Shown: in pieces, positions 37,283 through 46,941 of the stretch | Layout: each line of letters starts with the position of its first letter | Position numbering within the stretch: the first letter of the stretch is position 1 | DNA from: Actinomycetota bacterium | GTDB lineage: Bacteria > Actinomycetota > Acidimicrobiia > Actinomarinales > Actinomarinaceae | Direction: 5' to 3' | Length of the DNA: 64,000 nt | NCBI GenBank assembly: GCA_014384285.1 | Contig: JACNGE010000014.1 | Coordinates: 141,316-205,315, forward strand | Made by a program: the position numbers and the translations under genes | Notes under the pieces: generated by a model | Seen by the model: the letters and a program-made list of their open reading frames with translations, nothing else | Told to the model about the DNA's origin: nothing | Databases searched by the model: none

Positions 37283-38377
37283 CTAAAAATTGGTTAGCTC
37301 TATTACCGGTACTTCCATTTCTTCTGAAGTCACCCCTCCGTGATAGCCAACTAATTCAGCTTTCAAATGTTTAGGAAAAACAATATAGCCATCCGCCACT
37401 AAAAAGCAGTAATCAGGATAGAGTCTTTTGCTTAAGTTTGACTCAGGATTCCCAAGTAATTGTTTGACTTCATCATTAGTGAGAAAATTTCCAGGTACAT
37501 TTTTAAAGAGCTGTCTTACTTTAGAAGATTCCCCATTTATGTAGACGCTTCTTTGATCTCCAAAGATTTCAATATCGTCTGAGTAATCTAGGTAGATTCG
37601 ATTATCTTCCGGGATATTTGTAAGTCCATGATCAGCAGTTATTAAAGTATAGGTTTTTCTAGATTGGGAATTGTTTAATTTTTTTATAAAGTTTTCAAAG
37701 ATGCCTATTTCTGTATGCCACTCTTCGCTACCAACACCAAATACATGAGCTGAAATATCAATATTAGGATAATAAATAAAATTGAAACGATTATCTAGAA
37801 CAGACGAATCGCTAATAATTTCATTTAATTCGTCAGTATCTTTATAACCTATTTGATGAGAGTCTTTATAAATATATTCAGACAAAGCACTATTTATTAA
37901 ATCCTTTGGTTGCAGGTTATTAGATGTAATACCTCTCGCCTTTAATGTTGTCCAAATGGTTTTATTATCTTTTATATCTTCATCTTTTAGTAAATCTTTA
38001 TTTTCGTAATTCCAGTTCAATGCATTAATCAGTCCATATTGAACCTTGTCAAAAAGATAATAACCAAGAATAGATGTATCACATGGTTTAGCAACATAGT
38101 TAATTGTGCTTAAAGCGACATTTGTAGAACTTGGGAATGTAGAGTTTACAGAAAATGAATTAAAACTTTTTAAATAATCTGATCTAGAAATTTTTAGATT
38201 TTCATTTCCTAGGCCATCAGCTAAAACAAAATTGATTGTTTCAGCATTCAAAATTTTAGAGTGAAGATTGACTTCACGTTCCTCTTGAAATTCATCTGTG
38301 TTTAGTACTACGTTGAAGATTTTTTTTGATAGATCGAGTAAGTTACTTTTATCAATAATTGTTTCTAAATTCCTCAT
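37283..38377 (-). CDS. Alkaline-phosphatase-superfamily protein (type I phosphodiesterase/nucleotide pyrophosphatase-like)
   Basis: Contains FVLADGLG, TFPSSTN, ITADHGLT and GYHGGVTSEEMEVPV, the metal and nucleophile blocks of the NPP/AlkP fold. No signal peptide is visible. Confidence 0.7.
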   Translation of the reverse strand: MRNLETIIDKSNLLDLSKKIFNVVLNTDEFQEEREVNLHSKILNAETINFVLADGLGNENLKISRSDYLKSFNSFSVNSTFPSSTNVALSTINYVAKPCDTSILGYYLFDKVQYGLINALNWNYENKDLLKDEDIKDNKTIWTTLKARGITSNNLQPKDLINSALSEYIYKDSHQIGYKDTDELNEIISDSSVLDNRFNFIYYPNIDISAHVFGVGSEEWHTEIGIFENFIKKLNNSQSRKTYTLITADHGLTNIPEDNRIYLDYSDDIEIFGDQRSVYINGESSKVRQLFKNVPGNFLTNDEVKQLLGNPESNLSKRLYPDYCFLVADGYIVFPKHLKAELVGYHGGVTSEEMEVPVIELTNF

Positions 38378-38453
38378 AAAAAAAGTTTACAAACAATTAC
38401 GCTCAACTTTCAAATAAAACTAAAATTTCATACAGGTTGGTTAAAATCAAATT

Positions 38454-38819
38454 ATGAATTCATATTTTCAAGAGTATGCAACAGTAGCTGTGCTGCTAGC
38501 GGTAGGCATAATTTTTATGCTTGCCTTAACTACAATTGCATCAATCTTAAGGCCAAACAATCCATCAAAAGAAAAACTTACAACCTATGAATCAGGTGTT
38601 GACCCAGTGGGAACAGGATGGAGTCAAACATATGTTAGATACTATATATTTGGCCTACTGTTCGTTATTTTTGATGTTGAGGCAGTGTTTATATTTCCGT
38701 GGGCAATTAATCTTGAGAAGTTGGGTTATTTTGGATTAGTAGAAATGCTAGTTTTTATTTTTATTTTGCTAATTGGCTTAATCTACGCAATTAGAAAGGA
38801 TGTTTTAAAGTGGGAGTAG
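38454..38819 (+). CDS. nuoA: NADH-quinone oxidoreductase subunit A (operon 2)
   Basis: 3-TM protein with YESGV and FDVE motifs. First gene of the second nuo array. Confidence 0.92.
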   Translation: MNSYFQEYATVAVLLAVGIIFMLALTTIASILRPNNPSKEKLTTYESGVDPVGTGWSQTYVRYYIFGLLFVIFDVEAVFIFPWAINLEKLGYFGLVEMLVFIFILLIGLIYAIRKDVLKWE

Positions 38820-39307
38820 TTGATAAATTTGGATTACCAAAACCTATATCTTCAGTGTTGAATTGGGCTAGGTCTTACTCTCTGTGGTATTTTCAATTCG
38901 GACTTGCGTGTTGTGCTATTGAAGTTATGGCTGTAAGTGGACCAAGGCACGACTTCATGAGACTAGGGATAATCCCACTACCTGCCTCACCAAGACAAGC
39001 CGATTTAATGGTAGTTGCTGGCACGGTAACTGATAAAATGGCACCCGCAGTGAAGAGATTATATGATCAAATGCCTGAGCCAAAATATGTTATTTCTATG
39101 GGATCATGTTCAAACAGTGGAGGTCCGTATTGGGATTCTTACTCCGTAACAAAAGGCGTTGACCAATTAATCCCAGTTGATGTTTATGTTCCAGGATGTC
39201 CACCAAGACCTGAAGCTCTGCAAGAGGGAATTATTCTCCTTCAGGAAAAAATAAGAGGAGAAGACATGAAAGAGAAGTGGAAGGCAGATCAAAATGAACC
39301 TGTCTAA
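38810..39307 (+). CDS. nuoB: NADH-quinone oxidoreductase subunit B (operon 2)
   Basis: CCAIEVM ... GSCSNSGG ... VPGCPPRPE (N2 cluster ligands). Confidence 0.95.
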   Translation: MGVVDKFGLPKPISSVLNWARSYSLWYFQFGLACCAIEVMAVSGPRHDFMRLGIIPLPASPRQADLMVVAGTVTDKMAPAVKRLYDQMPEPKYVISMGSCSNSGGPYWDSYSVTKGVDQLIPVDVYVPGCPPRPEALQEGIILLQEKIRGEDMKEKWKADQNEPV

Positions 39308-39848
39308 CAATGTAGAATTTGTAGAATCACTCACAGCAGCTTTTCCCAGTCTAGAAAATAGTTTTGATACTTTGAAAATAACTGTGAAGTCCTCAGATTG
39401 GATTGACACTGTTGATAAATTAAAGAATGAATTTGAATTAACATACTTTTCGTGGCTGAGCGCCATTGACTGGGACAATGAAGTTGCCATAGGAGATCCT
39501 CCTAAGGAACCAGTTACACCACATTTTGAAATATTATGCTGTTTATCAGATTCTTTTGCAGGAAATTTAGTCATAGTCTCTACCCAAATTGATAAAGAAA
39601 CTCCACAAATCCCTTCCTTAGTTGGGGTTTTTGCAGGTTCTAATTGGCATGAAAGAGAAGCTTATGAGATGTTTGGAATTGAATTTATCAACCATCCTAA
39701 TTTAACAAAAATGTACCTTCCAGATGACTATGAAGGCAATCCCATGCTTAAATCATTTGAGTTGATTAGCAGAGAAGTAAAGCCATGGCCTGGTGAAGTT
39801 GATGTAGAAGGTATGCCAGATGATGGAAAAGAAGAAGGAGAGAGTTAA
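39294..39848 (+). CDS. nuoC: NADH-quinone oxidoreductase subunit C (operon 2)
   Basis: Contains [16 protein letters not shown] and the LPDDYEGNP block. Confidence 0.92.
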   Translation: MNLSNNVEFVESLTAAFPSLENSFDTLKITVKSSDWIDTVDKLKNEFELTYFSWLSAIDWDNEVAIGDPPKEPVTPHFEILCCLSDSFAGNLVIVSTQIDKETPQIPSLVGVFAGSNWHEREAYEMFGIEFINHPNLTKMYLPDDYEGNPMLKSFELISREVKPWPGEVDVEGMPDDGKEEGES

Positions 39849-41045
39849 GTGGATGAGAATTTAAACTCGGGCAGTATTCCCTATGTCTCCGAAGCTTCTG
39901 TATCTGTTGAGATAGAAACTGAAGATATGACACTCAACATAGGACCTCAACATCCTTCAACACATGGAGTGCTAAGACTTGTTGCAAAAGTTGATGGAGA
40001 AAAAATTTCAAGTGTTGAACCAGTGCTTGGATACATGCATAGAGGTTATGAGAAATTAGCTGAGGTTAGAACTTATCCCCAAATAACAACACTCGTCAAC
40101 AGAATTGATTGGGTATCTGGTTTTGCAAATGAGATTCCTTTTATTGCTGCAACTGAAAAACTTATGGAGATTGAAGCGCCAGAACGAGCAAAGCATATTC
40201 GACTAATTCTCACTGAAATGGCGAGAATTGCTTCACACTTTGTTTTTAATGGTGCATATGCCCTTGAAATAGGAGCATTAACTCCAATTTTTTTAGCAAT
40301 GGAAGACAGAGAAAGAATTCTTGATTTAATAGAGTCAGTTACAGGAGGAAGATTCCACCCTAACTTCAATAGAATAGGCGGGATAAAACCTGCAGCTGGT
40401 TCAGGTCCTACAACAAAAAAGAATATCCAAGATTTACCTGCTGGGTTTTACCAAGACACCCGTGATGCTATGGAAAAAGTTTTAGAAGCTGTTGAAAGAA
40501 TGGAAAACCTTGTTGGTGGTAATGAAGTGTTTAAAATCAGGACTAAAGGTGTGGGTATTATTTCAAAAGAGCTTGCAGAAGAGTATGGAGTTTCTGGCCC
40601 GATTTTAAGAGCATCAGGGGTTAAATTTGATCTAAGATCACAAACTGATTTCTTGCCATATGATAAATTTGATTACGACATTCCAATTGGGGAAAACGGA
40701 GATTGTTATGATCGATGGTATGTTCGATTAATGGAAATGAAAGAGTCTGCAAAAATTATACTCCAAGCTATCGACTCAATGCCAAGTGGACCCCTCCAAA
40801 CTAAGGTTCCAAAAGTAATAAAAGTCCCAAAGGGTCAATCTTATGTTCGAACTGAGAATCCAAAAGGGGAAATGGGTTATTATGTTATATCCGAGGGAGG
40901 GCTTGGACCATATAGGCTTAAAGTTAGAACCCCTTCTTTTAGCAATATTTCAATTCTTCCTGTTTTGCTTGAAGGGCAGTTGTTACCTGACCTAATAGCA
41001 ATTATGGGCAGTTTAGATTTTGTCTTAGGAGATGTTGATAGATGA
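39849..41045 (+). CDS. nuoD: NADH-quinone oxidoreductase subunit D (operon 2)
   Basis: NIGPQHPSTHGVLRL, GYMHRGYEKL and the C-terminal LDFVLGDVDR. GTG start. Confidence 0.95.
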   Translation: MDENLNSGSIPYVSEASVSVEIETEDMTLNIGPQHPSTHGVLRLVAKVDGEKISSVEPVLGYMHRGYEKLAEVRTYPQITTLVNRIDWVSGFANEIPFIAATEKLMEIEAPERAKHIRLILTEMARIASHFVFNGAYALEIGALTPIFLAMEDRERILDLIESVTGGRFHPNFNRIGGIKPAAGSGPTTKKNIQDLPAGFYQDTRDAMEKVLEAVERMENLVGGNEVFKIRTKGVGIISKELAEEYGVSGPILRASGVKFDLRSQTDFLPYDKFDYDIPIGENGDCYDRWYVRLMEMKESAKIILQAIDSMPSGPLQTKVPKVIKVPKGQSYVRTENPKGEMGYYVISEGGLGPYRLKVRTPSFSNISILPVLLEGQLLPDLIAIMGSLDFVLGDVDR

Positions 41046-42022
41046 TTGATGGATCACAGGTACTTGTTACAGCAGGCATAATTCTTGCTTTTGCATTAAA
41101 TGGCGCAGTAATATTCACAATTCTTGATGTCAAAGGAGCATCATGGATGCAAAGACGACCGGGACCTCTTCATGTCGGTTTAAGAGGATTTATATTTCCA
41201 TTGGCTGAGATTATCAAGTTTTTTCAAAAAGAAGATATAACTCCTACAAATGTGGACTCAGCAGTCTTCAAATGGGCACCAGCTTATGTACTTGCTTCCG
41301 TGTTCGGATTATTTGTTGTAGTTCCAATTAGCCCAACTTTAGTTGGTAGTGATTTAGACCTTGGAGTCTTCTATCTTCTAGCAATCAGCTCTTTGTCAAC
41401 TCTTGGAGTACTTACGGCAGGATGGTCATCTGCAAACAAATATTCATTAATGGGTGGAATTCGTGCAGCAGGACAACTTATTGCTTATGAGCTTCCTCTG
41501 ATCCTTGCAGTAGTTGGAGTAGTTATCCAAGCTGAAACAATGTCTCTTGTTGGAATAGTGGAAAAGCAAATTGAATTTGGACTTCCATTTGTTCTTTCTG
41601 GTCAAGGTTTGGCATTTTTAATATTTATGGTTGCTGCAACGGCAGAAATGATGAGAGTACCATTTGATATGCCAATTGGCGAGTCCGAACTTGTTAGCGG
41701 TTTTTTAACTGAATATTCAGGAGTAAGGTTCTTAATATTTTATATAGCGGAATATATGAATATGTTCGTTTTATGTGCTGTAGCTTCAACCCTATTCCTA
41801 GGTGGATATCATGTTCCGTTGCTACCTACTGAATGGGTAAATTTTTATGGCCCTGTTGTACTACTGACTAAGACTGTTTTATTAGGCTTTATTTTAGTTT
41901 TAGTTAGATGGTCATTTCCAAGATTTAGAGAAGACCAGCTTCAAAACTTGGCATGGAAAGTATTAATCCCCCTTTCCCTTTTAAATATCTTGATAACATC
42001 AATAATGAAAGTAGTTTTCTAA
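41042..42022 (+). CDS. nuoH: NADH-quinone oxidoreductase subunit H (operon 2)
   Basis: MRVPFDMPIGESELVSGFLTEYSG and PRFREDQL. It follows nuoD directly with a 4-nt overlap, so there is no room for nuoEFG. Confidence 0.95.
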   Translation: MIDGSQVLVTAGIILAFALNGAVIFTILDVKGASWMQRRPGPLHVGLRGFIFPLAEIIKFFQKEDITPTNVDSAVFKWAPAYVLASVFGLFVVVPISPTLVGSDLDLGVFYLLAISSLSTLGVLTAGWSSANKYSLMGGIRAAGQLIAYELPLILAVVGVVIQAETMSLVGIVEKQIEFGLPFVLSGQGLAFLIFMVAATAEMMRVPFDMPIGESELVSGFLTEYSGVRFLIFYIAEYMNMFVLCAVASTLFLGGYHVPLLPTEWVNFYGPVVLLTKTVLLGFILVLVRWSFPRFREDQLQNLAWKVLIPLSLLNILITSIMKVVF

Positions 42023-42508
42023 ATGAGAAACTTTAGACCTAAGCTTCCCGGTTTTTTAACAGGAATGAAAATTCTATTATTTAATATGTTCAAGACTTTA
42101 TCGCCGTTAAGCCCAAATCCTAATGTGAACTACCCGTTCGAAAAAGAAATAGTTGCACCAAGAGCAAGGGGAGTTATCGCACTTGACCAAGAAGCATGTA
42201 CAAGTTGTATGCTTTGCGCTAGACAGTGCCCAGATTGGTGTATATATATAGAGGGCCATAAAGAATTACAACCACCCGCAAAACCTGGCGGAAGACAACG
42301 AAGTAGAGCTGTTTTAGACAGGTTTGATATTGATTACGCTCTTTGCATGTACTGTGGCATCTGTGTTGAGGTGTGTCCTTTTGACGCTCTTTTTTGGACA
42401 CCTGAATATGAATATTCCGAATACAATATGGGGGATATGCTTCATGATAAAAACAGACTTGATCAATGGCTTGAAACAGTACCTGAAATTGAAGGTTTAG
42501 AAAGTTAA
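42023..42508 (+). CDS. nuoI: NADH-quinone oxidoreductase subunit I (operon 2)
   Basis: Two 4Fe-4S motifs: CTSCMLCARQCP and CMYCGICVEVCP. Confidence 0.94.
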   Translation: MRNFRPKLPGFLTGMKILLFNMFKTLSPLSPNPNVNYPFEKEIVAPRARGVIALDQEACTSCMLCARQCPDWCIYIEGHKELQPPAKPGGRQRSRAVLDRFDIDYALCMYCGICVEVCPFDALFWTPEYEYSEYNMGDMLHDKNRLDQWLETVPEIEGLES

Positions 42509-42510
42509 TT

Positions 42511-43029
42511 ATGGAAGCCCTAGATATTATTAGCTATTTTTTACTTTTGGGACTCTTATTAGCTGCAGTTAAAGTTGTAACAACCTCAAATGTTATTCAC
42601 GCTGCAATTTCTTTAGTATTTACACTAGCTTTGACCGCAGGAACTTTTTTATTGCTATCAGCCGAGTTTGTCGCACTTGTAATAGTCCTTGTTTATATTG
42701 GAGCGGTAATTGTACTCTTCTTATTTGGAATAATGATTACAAGAGCTCCACTAGGACAAAATGCAGAATTAGATAACGAAAAAAATAAAGGGTTAGCTCT
42801 TGGTGTTTCTCTTTCCATTTTTGGAATTTTTTCATACGTGATGTTAAATACTTTTGACTCACAAATTAACACAACCAGTGGAACATCAACTGAGTTACTT
42901 GGAGAGATACTACTCAGTAGATTTGTATTTCCATTCGAAGTTGTATCTTTTGTATTACTAGCAGCTTTGATTGGTGGAATTACACTAGCACGACAAGATA
43001 ACGCCCTCATGGATGAGAATCAAATATGA
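42511..43029 (+). CDS. nuoJ: NADH-quinone oxidoreductase subunit J (operon 2)
   Basis: Membrane subunit with the LVIVLVYIGAVIVLFLFGIMI block, in the expected operon position. Confidence 0.9.
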   Translation: MEALDIISYFLLLGLLLAAVKVVTTSNVIHAAISLVFTLALTAGTFLLLSAEFVALVIVLVYIGAVIVLFLFGIMITRAPLGQNAELDNEKNKGLALGVSLSIFGIFSYVMLNTFDSQINTTSGTSTELLGEILLSRFVFPFEVVSFVLLAALIGGITLARQDNALMDENQI

Positions 43030-43331
43030 GTGTTCAACCATTCTTAATTGCTGCAGCTGGATTATTCTCAATCGGAATTTATGGAATTTTAGTCAGAAGG
43101 AATGTTGTTATGGTTCTTTTGTCAATTGAGTTAATTCTTAATGCAGTGAATATAAATTTTGTAGTTTTTGATGCGATGCTTAGAGATGCCATGCTTCAAG
43201 GGCAAATTTTTACTATTTTCATTATTACAATAGCTGCTGCTGAAGTTGGTATAGGTTTAGCGATTGTTTTGATGTTATTTAGAAATAGAAAAACTGCAAA
43301 CATAAATGAATTTGATTTGATGAAATGGTAA
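43026..43331 (+). CDS. nuoK: NADH-quinone oxidoreductase subunit K (operon 2)
   Basis: 101-aa, 3-TM protein with the SIELILNAVNI and AAAEVGIGLAI motifs. Confidence 0.93.
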   Translation: MSVQPFLIAAAGLFSIGIYGILVRRNVVMVLLSIELILNAVNINFVVFDAMLRDAMLQGQIFTIFIITIAAAEVGIGLAIVLMLFRNRKTANINEFDLMKW

Positions 43332-45343
43332 ATACTAATTTAATTTCTTTACTCGCTGAGGGAAAACCAACATTTACTGATGGCGGTATTGCTGCAGAAT
43401 ACACATGGTTAATTGTTGTTTTGCCATTTATAGCTGCACTTATAATTACTTTCTTTGGAAAATACCTGCCACTCAAAGGTGCTGAAATTGCACTCGCCAC
43501 AATTGCTTTTATATTTGCTTTTAGTTCATATCTTCTCTATCTCAATGTGATAGAGGGTGTGGCATCAGAATTTTATATTAATGTCGGAAGCATAGGCTCA
43601 TTCGATCTTGAATTTGGATGGGTAGTAGATGGCTTATCTATAATGATGTATTTTGTTGTTGGAACTGTGGCTACTCTTGTTTTCATTTATGCAACTAACT
43701 ATATGAAAGGAGAAGTTCGTTATACATTTTTCTTCACTTCCTTGACCCTTTTTGCTGGAAGTATGTTGGTTCTAGTGTCATCCCCAACATTATTACAATT
43801 ACTGATTGGATGGGAGCTTGTTGGTGTCTGTTCATATTTACTAATTGGTCACTATTGGGAAAATAAAGAAAATTCTTCAGCAGCCATGAAAGCATTTATA
43901 ACAAACAAAATTGCTGATGTTGGTTTAATGATTGGAATTATTGTCCTAGCACTATCTACAGGAACTATGAGAATTAGCGAGATTCTTTATCAGTCAACAC
44001 ATGATTATCAATCTCTAAAATCTGTTGCTTATCTCGCTGGAGTTTTATTGTTTATAGGAGCTATGGGCAAAAGTGCTCAATTCCCACTTCATGTATGGTT
44101 ACCAGATGCAATGGCTGGTCCTACACCAGTATCTGCGCTAATGCATGCTGCAACTATGGTTACTGCTGGAGTTTATTTATTAGCAAGAATGTTTCCTTTT
44201 TACCAAGGTATGGCCAGTCAAGCACTAGACGTAGTCTTACTCTTTGGTGTGGTTACTCTTTTTGCTGCAGGGTTGATAGCTATAGTTCAAGATGATTTAA
44301 AGAAAGTTTTAGCATATTCAACTGTAAGTCAGCTTGGTTATATGGTTGCTGCCATCGGTTCAGGTGCATATACTGCTGCACTATTCCATCTTTGGACCCA
44401 TGCATTTTTTAAAGCATTATTATTTTTGGGTGCTGGTTCTGTGATTCACGCTGTACACACTAACAGCATGAGAGAAATGGGTGGACTCAGAAAGGAAATG
44501 CCAAGGACTTATATAACTTTTATCGTTGGAACAATAGCACTTGCTGGACTACCTCCACTCGCCGGATTTTTCTCAAAGGATGAGATACTTGCTTCTCTAA
44601 ATCATGGTGGCTTTAGTACTTATTTTGCAATTGCGGTAGCTGGTGCATTTATTACAGCATTTTATATGACTCGAGCAGTTGTTCTAACATTCTTTGGTGA
44701 CTATAGAGGTAGCGGACACCCACATGAATCTGACACAATGATGACAACACCTCTTCTTGTACTAGCTGGATTTGCCGTAGCAGCCGGCTGGGTAAACATT
44801 CCAGGTGTATACACAGGATTTACTGACTGGGTAACCACAAGAAAGAATCCAATAATTGAATATCATCCAGAGTCTTTTGACTACTTTGCACTTAGTAGCG
44901 GTCTAATTGCAGGTTTAGTTGGAATAGGACTAGCGTATTACGTTTACCAAATTCTTGGAAAACCGGAAGATGGAGACCAGAAGATTAAGATTGATTCTGT
45001 GTGGAAGTTACTTGAAAATAAATATTATTTGGACGATTTTTATTTTAAATTCATTATAAATCCAACAAAATCCACACTTGCAAATATTGTTGATAAGTTC
45101 AATACAAATATTTTAGACCGAACGGTAAATATGTTTGGAATAGCTGCTTCATATCTAGGTAACCTTGTTTATGAAAAATTTGATCAAGGAGGAATAGACA
45201 GGGCTTTGAATGCTTCTTCATCATCTACAGATGCCCTAGGTGCTAGAGTAAAACTCTTGCAAACTGGAAAAGCTCAACAGTATATTATGTATTTTTTAAG
45301 CGGTGTGATAGTAATTAGCTTATTAATTTTGTTAGTGTTATAG
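43325..45343 (+). CDS. nuoL: NADH-quinone oxidoreductase subunit L (operon 2)
   Basis: Contains WELVGVCSYLLIGHYW, GKSAQFPLHVWLPDAMAGPTP and HAFFKALLFLGAG. Confidence 0.95.
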   Translation: MVNTNLISLLAEGKPTFTDGGIAAEYTWLIVVLPFIAALIITFFGKYLPLKGAEIALATIAFIFAFSSYLLYLNVIEGVASEFYINVGSIGSFDLEFGWVVDGLSIMMYFVVGTVATLVFIYATNYMKGEVRYTFFFTSLTLFAGSMLVLVSSPTLLQLLIGWELVGVCSYLLIGHYWENKENSSAAMKAFITNKIADVGLMIGIIVLALSTGTMRISEILYQSTHDYQSLKSVAYLAGVLLFIGAMGKSAQFPLHVWLPDAMAGPTPVSALMHAATMVTAGVYLLARMFPFYQGMASQALDVVLLFGVVTLFAAGLIAIVQDDLKKVLAYSTVSQLGYMVAAIGSGAYTAALFHLWTHAFFKALLFLGAGSVIHAVHTNSMREMGGLRKEMPRTYITFIVGTIALAGLPPLAGFFSKDEILASLNHGGFSTYFAIAVAGAFITAFYMTRAVVLTFFGDYRGSGHPHESDTMMTTPLLVLAGFAVAAGWVNIPGVYTGFTDWVTTRKNPIIEYHPESFDYFALSSGLIAGLVGIGLAYYVYQILGKPEDGDQKIKIDSVWKLLENKYYLDDFYFKFIINPTKSTLANIVDKFNTNILDRTVNMFGIAASYLGNLVYEKFDQGGIDRALNASSSSTDALGARVKLLQTGKAQQYIMYFLSGVIVISLLILLVL

Positions 45344-45351
45344 GAGGTAAA

Positions 45352-46941
45352 GTGGAAATAGTAACTAATAATTTTGAGTTTTTGGAAAACGGTTTGGGTT
45401 TAAGCCTTGTCGTATTTTTCCCACTAGTGAGTGCATTTATAGTTGCAATTTTGCCGAAAAAACAAGAACTGTTAATCAAACTAACAGCATTGGGTTCTTC
45501 ACTAATTACTTTCATTCTTAGTGTTATTGTCGCAATCCAATTTGATTATTCTAAAGCTGAACAATTTCAATTAGGGAGCAAACTTTCCTGGATCGAGGCT
45601 ATAAATTCGAATTATGAAATTGGAATTGATGGGATATCATTACCCTTACTCCTCCTTTCGACTTTTATTACAGTATTAGCAATAATTTATTCATTTGAAC
45701 ATCTTCCAGAACCTAAGAGTCCTAAAGGAATGATGGCTCTGATATTAATTTTAGAGACAGGAATGAATGGTACATTCGTTGCATTAGACCTAATACTCTT
45801 CTTTGTATTTTTTGAGCTAGTTCTATTACCTATGTATTTTATGATTGGTATATGGGGAGATAAAACAATGAGGTCTGTCGCAGGTCTTAAGAATGAAGTA
45901 GAGACACGTTTGTATGCGAGTATTAAGTTCTTTGTTTTCACTTTATTTGGATCTGCCTTCATGTTGCTTGGATTTTTAGGATTATATTTTCGAGGAGCAA
46001 AAACATTCAGTATTCCAGAATTAATTGAATTAGGTACAAGTGGAGCATTCACTGGAACCTTTGCAACGCTGGTTTTTGCAGTACTATTCTTAGGTTTTGC
46101 TGTGAAGGTGCCAATGTGGCCACTCCACACTTGGCTTCCAGATGCTCATACAGCAGCCCCTACAGTTGGTTCGGTTTTACTTGCTGCAATATTATTGAAA
46201 CTAGGTTCCTACGGTTTTGTGAGAATTGCTCTTCCAATTCTTCCTGAACAAGCAAAAGCCTGGGCACCTGCAATTGCAATCTTATCTGCAATTGGAATAA
46301 TTTATGGGTCTTTGGCCTGTCTTGCTCAAACAGACCTAAAGCGATTAATTGCTTTTTCATCAGTAGGTCATATGGGGTTCGTTATGCTTGGAATCTCTTC
46401 GTTAACTTCAATAGGAATAAATGCTGCAATGATTGGAATGGTTGCCCACGGTGTAATTACTGGATTACTATTCTTCCTATCTGGGTCGATGGCGCATACA
46501 TATCACACTAGAGATATGGGAAGACTTGGTGGAAATATGAAACTTCTACCAAAAACAGGAGCCTTATTAGGATTTACAGCAATGGCATCCCTTGGTTTAC
46601 CAGGACTTGCTGGTTTTTGGGGAGAATTTATGGCATTACTAGGTGCATATAATCCACTTCCTGGATTGAACATTGCAATTTTTAGAACATCAATGGTTGC
46701 TGGGGCAATAGGTACAGTTTTAACAGCTGGCTATCTTCTCTGGATGCTACAAAGGGTAAACCTAGGTGAACCAAATGAAGAGTGGAAAGATAAAGAGCTC
46801 CATGACGCAGATGCCTATGAGCTTGCTGCTTGGATACCGTTGGTGATTTTAACAATACTTATAGGTGTATTTCCTAAGTTAATTTTTGGATCTACAAATG
46901 ATGCTGTAATCAGTTTGGTTACCAAAGCATTTGGAGGCTAA
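45352..46941 (+). CDS. nuoM: NADH-quinone oxidoreductase subunit M (operon 2)
   Basis: VKVPMWPLHTWLPDAHTAAPTVGS. GTG start preceded by a GGAGG RBS. Confidence 0.95.
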   Translation: MEIVTNNFEFLENGLGLSLVVFFPLVSAFIVAILPKKQELLIKLTALGSSLITFILSVIVAIQFDYSKAEQFQLGSKLSWIEAINSNYEIGIDGISLPLLLLSTFITVLAIIYSFEHLPEPKSPKGMMALILILETGMNGTFVALDLILFFVFFELVLLPMYFMIGIWGDKTMRSVAGLKNEVETRLYASIKFFVFTLFGSAFMLLGFLGLYFRGAKTFSIPELIELGTSGAFTGTFATLVFAVLFLGFAVKVPMWPLHTWLPDAHTAAPTVGSVLLAAILLKLGSYGFVRIALPILPEQAKAWAPAIAILSAIGIIYGSLACLAQTDLKRLIAFSSVGHMGFVMLGISSLTSIGINAAMIGMVAHGVITGLLFFLSGSMAHTYHTRDMGRLGGNMKLLPKTGALLGFTAMASLGLPGLAGFWGEFMALLGAYNPLPGLNIAIFRTSMVAGAIGTVLTAGYLLWMLQRVNLGEPNEEWKDKELHDADAYELAAWIPLVILTILIGVFPKLIFGSTNDAVISLVTKAFGG

